From Gemmatimonadota bacterium (GTDB lineage Bacteria; Gemmatimonadota; Gemmatimonadetes; Gemmatimonadales; GWC2-71-9), in the NCBI GenBank assembly GCA_003221005.1, contig QHTZ01000012.1, forward strand, positions 1-11,276: DNA of 11,276 bases, in the 5' to 3' direction. Both the position numbers and the translations under genes were made by a program. Below are positions 1-6,539 of the stretch, in pieces (the stretch's first letter is position 1; each line of letters opens with the position of its first letter). The notes below the pieces were generated by a model. The model did not search any database. It was not told the origin of the DNA and saw nothing but the letters and a program-made list of their open reading frames with translations.

Positions 1-2
1 AT

Positions 3-800
3 GAGCAGGTCGCGCTCGTTCACACGGCCGACTACATGCGGAAGATCCAGACGGGGGCGCTGAGCCTCGAGGACCAGCTGGTGCTCGAGGTCCCCTTCTC
101 CGCCGCGCTACGCGAGGCCGCGTGGATCTGCGCGGGCGGGACGACGCTCGCCGCACGCCTGGCGCTGGAGCGAGGGGTTGCGGTGCATCTCGGAGGCGGC
201 TTTCACCACGCCTTCCCCGATCACGGCGAGGGGTTTTGCCTCATCAACGACGTCGCGATCGCGATTCGCGCGCTGCAACGCGAGGGAATCGTGCGGCGGG
301 CGGCGGTCGTCGATCTCGACGTCCATCACGGCAACGGGACGGCCGCAATCTTCCGGGACGATCCCCACGTCCTCACCTTCTCGATGCACCAGGAGCGCAA
401 CTACCCGGCTGCCAAGCCGCCGAGCGGCCTGGACTTGGGGTTGGAGGACGGGACCGGAGACGCAGAGTATCTCGCCCTGCTGGAGCAGCACCTGCCGGAC
501 ATCCTCGGCCGCCACCGGCCCGATCTCGTCCTCTATCTCGCGGGAGCCGATCCGTACCGGTTCGACCAGCTCGGCGGTCTAGGTCTCAGCCTCGAGGGGC
601 TGCGCCAGCGGGACGAGCTGGTGTTCCGACAGGCGGCGAGCGCGGGCGTGGCCGTGGCCGTCTGCCTCGCAGGCGGCTACGCGCTACGCACTGAGGACAC
701 GGTGGAGATCCATTGCAACACAGTCAGGACCGCAAGGCAGGCGCCGGCCCGCGCGCCTCAGGCGGACCGGCACCCGCACCGCGCGTCGAGCGGGCAGTAG
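3..800 (+). CDS. Histone deacetylase / AcuC-AphA family Zn-dependent deacetylase, 5'-truncated by the window edge
   Basis: Motifs GGGFHHA, GFC, DLDVHHGNG, SMH, AGADP and GGY are present. The frame is open upstream of Met at 36 (EQVALVHTADY, the conserved 'VH..dY' segment), so the true start is before the window. Confidence 0.93.
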   Translation, partial: EQVALVHTADYMRKIQTGALSLEDQLVLEVPFSAALREAAWICAGGTTLAARLALERGVAVHLGGGFHHAFPDHGEGFCLINDVAIAIRALQREGIVRRAAVVDLDVHHGNGTAAIFRDDPHVLTFSMHQERNYPAAKPPSGLDLGLEDGTGDAEYLALLEQHLPDILGRHRPDLVLYLAGADPYRFDQLGGLGLSLEGLRQRDELVFRQAASAGVAVAVCLAGGYALRTEDTVEIHCNTVRTARQAPARAPQADRHPHRASSGQ

Positions 801-2080
801 TTCGGCATCCACGCCGGCTCGCATGCGGGTAGTTGGTCGGGCGTCGCGCCACCCTCGAGCAGCGCCAGCCGCCGGTCCGCTTCGGCGCTGATGTCCGCGA
901 GGCTCCGGAAGTACACGTCGTACACCATGAACTTGTCGTCCTTCACGGCCTCGTAGTAGATCACCACCCGCCCCGTCTGGTGACCGCTCAGGGCGCACTC
1001 GAATGCGATGCGGTCGAAGTAGTAAGGGAACTCCTCCACCAGCTGTGACCGGTCGACCATCTTGGTCTTGCGCGTGGCGCGGAAGATCGTGGGAACGCCG
1101 CGGAACGTTCCCACCTTGCCTCTGAGACTGCGGAGCGACACGGGGATGCGGGCGAACGCGCCGGGCACGCCGTACCACAGGGCATCCTTGAGCGCGTCGC
1201 CGAAGCCGAGCCGTTCCATGCCCGCGAGCGCGGCGTCGAGGTCCGGGTCTGCTTCCTCGGGCTGCGCCTCCGCGACGGCCTGGCGTTCGATCACGGCCCT
1301 TCTCGGAAACACGAGATCGTTCAGGCGGAACTCTCGACCCCGCGGGGGGGCGTCGGTGAGGAGCGCCGTCATGGCGGCGACGCGCTCGCCGTTCTCGACG
1401 ATGCGCACCGCGGCCGCCGGTACGACGCGGCCCAACGGATCGGCCGTGCCGCAGCCGCACACCGCGCGGTAATCGCACCGCAGGTCGAACCATTCGCAGC
1501 GTGGCAGGGCGCTCGGGTCGTTGCGGGCGAGCGCGTCGCGGAACAGATCGCGGCGCCGCACCATCTCCCGCTCGACCTCCCTCAGATTCCGGAAATGGAG
1601 GTCGAACCCCTTGAGGGCACCGGGGCGGCCGTACAGCGCGCGCTTGTACACGAACAGCCGGCCCTCGTCGCGGCCCGTCATGGTGCAGTACATACCCAGC
1701 TGATCGATGTAGCTGGGCCGGGCCGCGGCGGTGCCGGCGGGGAGCGAGGCGGTCGTCTTGAGCTCCACGGGGATGTCGTCGTAGATGTCGATCTTGCCTA
1801 CGATCCCCTGGAACTCGACGAACTGCTCCACGAACTCCTCGGTCGAGACCGCGCGGCCGAACACTTCGTGGAACCCGGTCCCGGCGAGCATCGCCTGCTT
1901 ACGCTCGGGGTCGGGCTGGATGTCGGGCCGGGTGCGCTGGAAGAAAGCCTGGCGCGGGTTGACGAGGTCGGTGACGGAGAGGCGGCGGCGCCGGCCCTGG
2001 CGGGTCAGCGCCGCACTGAGCTCGTCCTTGATGGTGCGGTTGGCGTCGAGCCCCGAGACGACGCGTTCAGCGAGGGACAT
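758..2080 (-). CDS. Tandem Cas4-like / PD-(D/E)XK (RecB-like) nuclease, 440 aa: N-terminal domain apparently active, C-terminal copy degenerate
   Basis: Domain 1 has SVTDLVNPRQ, GTGFH71, E85, GKID98, VE106LK108T, Q127LGMY131 and C195-x6-C202-x5-C208-G-C210. Domain 2 aligns by eye along its length and ends C420-x8-C429-x5-C435-G-C437. Confidence 0.85.
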   Translation of the reverse strand: MSLAERVVSGLDANRTIKDELSAALTRQGRRRRLSVTDLVNPRQAFFQRTRPDIQPDPERKQAMLAGTGFHEVFGRAVSTEEFVEQFVEFQGIVGKIDIYDDIPVELKTTASLPAGTAAARPSYIDQLGMYCTMTGRDEGRLFVYKRALYGRPGALKGFDLHFRNLREVEREMVRRRDLFRDALARNDPSALPRCEWFDLRCDYRAVCGCGTADPLGRVVPAAAVRIVENGERVAAMTALLTDAPPRGREFRLNDLVFPRRAVIERQAVAEAQPEEADPDLDAALAGMERLGFGDALKDALWYGVPGAFARIPVSLRSLRGKVGTFRGVPTIFRATRKTKMVDRSQLVEEFPYYFDRIAFECALSGHQTGRVVIYYEAVKDDKFMVYDVYFRSLADISAEADRRLALLEGGATPDQLPACEPAWMPNYCPLDARCGCRSA

Positions 2081-2087
2081 GTGAGGA

Positions 2088-2093
2088 ATGTTA
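2088..2093 (-). promoter_or_regulatory. Putative -10 hexamer (TAACAT) for a leaderless transcript of the Cas4-like gene
   Basis: Minus strand reads TAACAT-tcctcac-ATG: a TAnnnT hexamer 7 nt before the start codon, with no Shine-Dalgarno. Confidence 0.45.
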
Positions 2094-2129
2094 CAGCGGC
2101 GGCGTGAGGGAAGAGCGGCTCGCGAACGC

Positions 2130-2142
2130 TAAGTCGTTGATT
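2130..2142 (-). promoter_or_regulatory. Match to the IHF consensus in the divergent intergenic region
   Basis: Minus strand AATCAA-CGAC-TTA matches WATCAANNNNTTR exactly. Confidence 0.4.
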
Positions 2143-2211
2143 CACAAGAGCGCGTTACACGCGGCGCGGGCGTCGCATCTTCACCACACACCCCAACGGA
2201 GGCGCCTCTAT

Positions 2212-2760
2212 ATGCGCGACTCCGCACCTCAGAGACTCACCGAACGACATCAAGCAATCCTGCGCCAAGCAAGCGCGGCCCTGCGGGGGCGACTCGTGAC
2301 GTTGTGGCGTATGGCGAGCGGCTGTGCGGTGGCCGAGGCAGCGAGCGAGTCGGATCGGCCGCTGGACATGATCGACATCGACGTAGCCGGAACCTTGCAG
2401 ACGTGGGGCCGGGCGGTACGTGAGGGGAGTCTGTGGATCGTGTGCTGTCTCGCCCCGGGCCGCTGGCACGTGGCCCCGGTGCGGCGCGACGTGCCCGCGC
2501 CGCCGCCCCATGGTGTCGAGCGGCGCAGTCCAGAGCGACTGATTCTCGAGCTCGCTGGCCTGCTGCTCGGCGCGCTGGACCGCGTCTGGGCGGTGGCCGA
2601 CCAGGCGACGGTGTTTCTGTGCACGGCGCTCGCCGTGATCGAAGTGTCTCTGGGGCGCGTGCAGGAGGCGCGCGGCCTGAGCACCGCGACGCGGGCGCAC
2701 CTGCTCGCCGATCTCGCGATCATCTCCCAGGCGATCGAGAGCGCGTTAGGCGCGGCGTAG
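2212..2760 (+). CDS. Hypothetical protein, about 182 aa
   Basis: GGAGG at 2198-2202 lies 9 nt before ATG 2212, a better start than GTG 2104. Composition is protein-like and the stop falls 4 nt from the convergent ogt stop. No family recognised. Confidence 0.65.
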   Translation: MRDSAPQRLTERHQAILRQASAALRGRLVTLWRMASGCAVAEAASESDRPLDMIDIDVAGTLQTWGRAVREGSLWIVCCLAPGRWHVAPVRRDVPAPPPHGVERRSPERLILELAGLLLGALDRVWAVADQATVFLCTALAVIEVSLGRVQEARGLSTATRAHLLADLAIISQAIESALGAA

Positions 2761-2764
2761 ACGC

Positions 2765-3289
2765 TCAGCGGAGCGCCAGCAACGCACCTTCGTGCTCCAG
2801 GAGCCAGCGCTTGCGGTCCAAGCCGCCGCCGAAGCCGGTCAACTCGCCGCGCGCGCCGATCACGCGGTGGCAGGGGACGATGATCGGGATGGGGTTCTTG
2901 CCGTTCGCTGCGCCGACCGCACGCGTCGCTCGCACGTCGCCCAGGCGGCGCGCCAGCTCGCCGTAGCTCACGGTCGTGCCGTAGGGGATGGCGCGGAGGG
3001 CGGCCCACACCTGGCGCTGGAAATCGGTCCCCGGCGGGTCGAGGGCCAGTTCGAACGTCGTGCGCGCGCGGGCGAAGTATTCGCTCAATTGCTGGCGGGC
3101 AAGAGCGAGTACGTCCGCACCTGTCCCGCTCTCCCCATCGTCGTCCTTTCCCCCTGGCCCCCTCTCCACGACGTGGAGAGGGGGGACGTGGCGGGAAGTC
3201 GGGAAATAGACGCCCGTGAGCGCCGTCTCCGAGGCCGTGAGAACAAGCTCGCCCAGCGGGCTTGGGAAGCGAGCGAACGTCGTGGGCAT
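2765..3289 (-). CDS. ogt: Methylated-DNA--protein-cysteine methyltransferase
   Basis: SPLGEL, GTDFQRQVWAALRAIPYG, SYGELA, RAVGAANGKNP and the active-site PCHRV, followed by GFGGGL..KRWLL.HE. Confidence 0.95.
   Translation of the reverse strand: MPTTFARFPSPLGELVLTASETALTGVYFPTSRHVPPLHVVERGPGGKDDDGESGTGADVLALARQQLSEYFARARTTFELALDPPGTDFQRQVWAALRAIPYGTTVSYGELARRLGDVRATRAVGAANGKNPIPIIVPCHRVIGARGELTGFGGGLDRKRWLLEHEGALLALR
3158..3184. repeat. Perfect palindrome (REP-like) inside ogt
   Basis: CCCCCTCTCCACG-A-CGTGGAGAGGGGG: 13-bp perfect inverted repeat around a 1-nt centre. Confidence 0.7.
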
Positions 3290-3291
3290 GG

Positions 3292-4483
3292 TCAGCGGTC
3301 TCCGTCCCGGAGCTCCTCCAGCCGACGCTCGAGGAACCGCCGCTCCGGCTCCTGCCGCGCGAGCTCGAGGGCTCGCTCATAGGACGCGCGGGCTTCAGCC
3401 GTTCGCCGCAGACGCCGGCACAGGTCGGCCCGTGCCGAGTGCGCCAGATGATAGTCTGCGAGATCGCCGCGCGCGAGAATGCCGTCGATGAGGGCGAGCC
3501 CGGCCTCCGGCCCCGTACAGACCCACGATCTGGGCCCAGTCGGTCGCCGCAGCCGTGGACGCCTCGGCGTGCACCGCCGCGATCGCTGCCTGGAGTGTGT
3601 AGGGACCGAACCGGCGCGACTCCAGGGCTCGCTGCACCAACTCCCTCCCCTCCGCGATCTGGTCCCGATTCCAGAGCGAGCGGTCCTGATCGCCCAGCAG
3701 GACCAGCGCGCCTTCGGGAGTCGTACGCGCGGCGCGCCGCGACTCGTGCAGCAGCATCAACGCCAGGAGCCCCCCTGCCTCGGGCTCCGGCAGCAACTCG
3801 AACAGGAGGCGCCCCAGACGAATCGCCTCACCCGAGAGATCGCGCCGCGTGAGCGACTCCCCCGACGACGCGGAATACCCCTCGTTGAACACGAGGTAAA
3901 CCACGCGCAGTACGGTGTCGAGCCGCTCCGGTAGGTCGGCCACGGACGGCACCTGGTAGGGAATTCGCGCATCGCGGATCTTTGACTTGGCGCGCACGAT
4001 GCGCTGGGCCACCGTGGGAGCCGCCGTGAGGAAGGCATGCGCGATCTCCTCGGTCGTGAGGCCGCACACCTCGCGCAGCGTCAGCGCCACCTGAGCGTCC
4101 GGCGGCAGGGCGGGATGACAGCACGTGAAGATCAGCCGCAGCCGGTCATCCTCGACGCCCTCATCGTCCCACACGGCAGTCTCCGGGACGTCGGACTCGA
4201 GCCGCTCGGCGATCCCCGCCAGCGACTCGTCGAATCGCGCCCGCCGGCGCATGCCATCGATGGCCTTGAAACGCCCCGTCGACACCAGCCACGCCCGCGG
4301 GTTCGTCGGCACGCCGTCCCGTGGCCACTGCTCCACGGCCGCAGCAAAGGCATCTTGCAGCGCCTCCTCGGCCAGGTCGAAGTCGCCGAGCAGGCGGATC
4401 AGGGTGGCGAGGACCCGGCGCGAGTCCGAGCGATAGACGGCATCCACCATCTCGCGCGCCCGCTCGGCCGACTCCTCGCTCAT
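3292..4483 (-). pseudogene. ECF sigma factor of ECF42 type (C-terminal TPR-like extension), disrupted by deletion plus frameshift at about 3514
   Basis: Sigma2 (DLAEEALQDAF, WL...R.KAID..RR), DDRLRLIFTCCHPAL, sigma4 and YLVFNEGY run to ...DWAQIVGLY (aa 323). The family-type tail GPEAGLALIDGILARGDLADYHLAHSARADLCRRL...ERRFLERRLEEL continues in another frame (3513 to TGA at 3292), ending 2 nt before the ogt ATG. Confidence 0.85.
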
Positions 4484-4503
4484 CCGTGTGGTGCCCCACC
4501 CGG

Positions 4504-4860
4504 CTACGGCTGGGGAACCTCCGCGATTGGCCTCACCTCGACGCTGCCGTGGCGGGCGCCAGGATTCCGCGAGGCGACCTGGATGGCCTCATTCAAGTCC
4601 CTGGCTTCGATCAGATAGTATCCGCCGAGCTGCTCCTTGGTCTCGGCGAAGGGGCCGTCGGTCGTGGAAAGTTTGCCATTGCGCACCCGCACCGTGGTGG
4701 CGCTCTGCGTCGGCTGCAGCCGGTTCGACCCGACGTAGTGACCGCTCTGCTTGATGCTGTTGGTGAACTCCATGTACTCACCCATCCACTTGTCCGCTTC
4801 GACCTTCGGCAGCTTCGGCCATTGGGTCTCGTCTGAGTAGATCAGGCACAGGTATTTCAT
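4504..4860 (-). CDS. YciI family / DGPF-domain protein, 118 aa
   Basis: MKYLCLIY start with GGAGG(GGAG) upstream at 4865-4873. Contains TTDGPFAETKEQLGGYYLIEA and VEVRP. DGPF genes are the typical upstream neighbours of ECF42 sigma factors. Confidence 0.93.
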   Translation of the reverse strand: MKYLCLIYSDETQWPKLPKVEADKWMGEYMEFTNSIKQSGHYVGSNRLQPTQSATTVRVRNGKLSTTDGPFAETKEQLGGYYLIEARDLNEAIQVASRNPGARHGSVEVRPIAEVPQP

Positions 4861-4906
4861 CGCTCTCCCCTCCGAATCGTCGTCGATTGGCTGTGAACAC
4901 GAGGTA

Positions 4907-4933
4907 GTCGTTCTGGGGAAGCCAAAATCGACA
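4907..4933 (-). promoter_or_regulatory. ECF42-type promoter of the yciI-sigma-ogt operon (probably autoregulatory)
   Basis: Minus strand TGTCGA-ttttggcttccccagaa(17 nt)-CGAC, 46 nt upstream of the yciI ATG. Fits the ECF42 consensus as I recall it (-35 TGTCGA, -10 CG[A/T]C). Confidence 0.75.
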
Positions 4934-5073
4934 ACGACCAAAGTAACGTTCGTCGCCGCGAGCGAGTTCGCTACTGAACGGCGGCGCCCGCATACCTGTC
5001 CAAACGTCCAATACCGCTCCCGCATCTCAGCCCGCCATCTTCCCGCCAGAACCCTGAACCGAGGCAGTGCTTC

Positions 5074-5979
5074 ATGGATACGCTACAGATGTTGTCCGAC
5101 AACTTGGCTGATGCGGTGGACCACGCCGCCGCCTGGGTCGTGGCCGTCAACGCCCGGCCGCGCATCGCCGCGAGCGGCGTGCATTGGAGGCCGGGCGTCG
5201 TCGTCACCACCCATCACACCGTGCGACGGGAAGAGGACATCACGGTGACGCTCAGCGACGGTCGCACCGTGCCCGCTACCCTCGCAGGGCGTGACGCCGC
5301 CACCGATCTGGCAGTGCTCAGGATCGATGGATCCGGCGTACCGCCGGCCAGCTTCGCCGAGCCGGGCTCGCTCAAGGTGGGGCACGTGGTGCTCCAGGTG
5401 GGCCGCACGGGGAGTGCCGGGCACTCGGCGAGCTTCGGCGTTGTTAGCACGATCGTGGGGCCGTGGCGTACGTGGCGCGGGGCCGAGATCGACCAGCTGT
5501 TTCAGCTCGACCTCGCCATTCACGATGGTTTCTCCGGCAGTCCGCTCGTGGACTCCCAGGGCAACGTGGTGGGACTCAATACGTCGGGACTGCTGCGGGG
5601 CACCCCGGCAGCGCTGCCGCTCTCGGTGGTGAACCGCGTGATGGATGCGTTGCTCACCAAGGGCCGCATTGCGCGCGGGTACCTCGGGGTCGGCCTGCAG
5701 CCGGTCGAGGTGCCGTCCGCGCTGGGCGGCAAGCTCGACCCGCCGCGGCGCACCGGCCTCATCGTACTCGCGGTCGACGCGGACAGCCCCGGTGGGCGCG
5801 GCGGGCTGCAGCTCAGCGACGTCATCGTCGCGGTCGACCACCAGTCGGTGGCCGACGTGCGCGACCTGCTCGCACTCCTGGCGCCGGAACGGGTCGGCTC
5901 GACCGTAGCCGTGGAAGTGCTCCGCGGCGGCACTCCGCACACCATTCGCGTCACCATCGCCGAGCGTCCGACGCGATGA
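5074..5979 (+). CDS. S1C/HtrA-like serine protease with one C-terminal PDZ domain, no signal peptide
   Basis: Triad segments TTHH, ATDLAVL and GFSGSPL. PDZ begins RGYLGVGLQPV, with DVIVAVD and VEVLRGG. Confidence 0.9.
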   Translation: MDTLQMLSDNLADAVDHAAAWVVAVNARPRIAASGVHWRPGVVVTTHHTVRREEDITVTLSDGRTVPATLAGRDAATDLAVLRIDGSGVPPASFAEPGSLKVGHVVLQVGRTGSAGHSASFGVVSTIVGPWRTWRGAEIDQLFQLDLAIHDGFSGSPLVDSQGNVVGLNTSGLLRGTPAALPLSVVNRVMDALLTKGRIARGYLGVGLQPVEVPSALGGKLDPPRRTGLIVLAVDADSPGGRGGLQLSDVIVAVDHQSVADVRDLLALLAPERVGSTVAVEVLRGGTPHTIRVTIAERPTR

Positions 5980-6539
5980 CGCTCGCGGACCAGCTCGCGG
6001 CCGTAGTTGCGCAGCTGCGTCGCTCCACCGTGCAAGTGCGCGGACGCGGGGCTGCGGCAGGCAGCGGCTCCGGGATCGTATGGAAGCCGGGCGTGATCGT
6101 GACCAACGCGCACGTGGCGACCAAGGGGTTCACCCTCGTCGAGCCCGCGGACGGGTCGGTCCGTGAAGCGCGGGTCGTGGCGAGCGATCCGCGCCGGGAC
6201 CTCGCCGTGTTGGGGGTCGATACGACCGGTCTCACCCCGGCAGACATTGCCCCCGCGGGCACGCTGCGGGTAGGTTCGCTCGTGCTCGCCGTCGGCAACC
6301 CATTCGGCCTCAGCGGGGCCGTTACGACGGGGATCGTGCACAAGCTCTCGGAGCGACGCCGTCGCACACGCCTCATCCTCGCGGACGTCCGACTCCTGCC
6401 TGGTAACTCCGGAGGACCCCTGGGCGACGCGGCAGGGCGCGTGGTGGGTGTCAACGCCATGATCCTGCGCGGTCTCGCGGCAGCGATTCCCAGCGACGTC
6501 GTCGAACGATTCGTCCGCGAGGCCCAGCTCGCGGCGTGA
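5976..6539 (+). CDS. Trypsin-like (S1C) serine protease without PDZ, 187 aa
   Basis: ATG 5976 overlaps the upstream TGA (ATGA). Motifs GSGIVW, VTNAHV, DLAVL, AVGNPFG and PGNSGGPL. The track start at 5463 is over-extended. Confidence 0.9.
   Translation: MTLADQLAAVVAQLRRSTVQVRGRGAAAGSGSGIVWKPGVIVTNAHVATKGFTLVEPADGSVREARVVASDPRRDLAVLGVDTTGLTPADIAPAGTLRVGSLVLAVGNPFGLSGAVTTGIVHKLSERRRRTRLILADVRLLPGNSGGPLGDAAGRVVGVNAMILRGLAAAIPSDVVERFVREAQLAA

Noticed and set aside
2104-2211. GTG start at 2104 for the hypothetical gene
   Set aside because: No SD and it crowds the divergent promoter; GGAGG supports ATG 2212.
1-2760. CRISPR-Cas locus around the Cas4-like gene
   Set aside because: No repeat-spacer array and no cas1, cas2 or effector gene seen in the window.
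2250-3380. 376-aa minus-strand ORF
   Set aside because: Off-frame overlap of ogt and antisense to the hypothetical gene; low-complexity composition.
3505-3520. Programmed frameshift or phase-variable tract in the sigma gene
   Set aside because: Only a G4 run, no slippery heptamer, and conserved sequence is missing, so reframing would not restore the protein.
4861-5025. 55-aa N-terminal extension of the YciI ORF
   Set aside because: SD and the family N-terminus (MKYLCLIY) indicate a start at 4860; the extension spans the promoter.
5463-5975. N-terminal extension of the 358-aa ORF
   Set aside because: Overlaps the first protease out of frame; the real start is the ATGA-coupled ATG at 5976.
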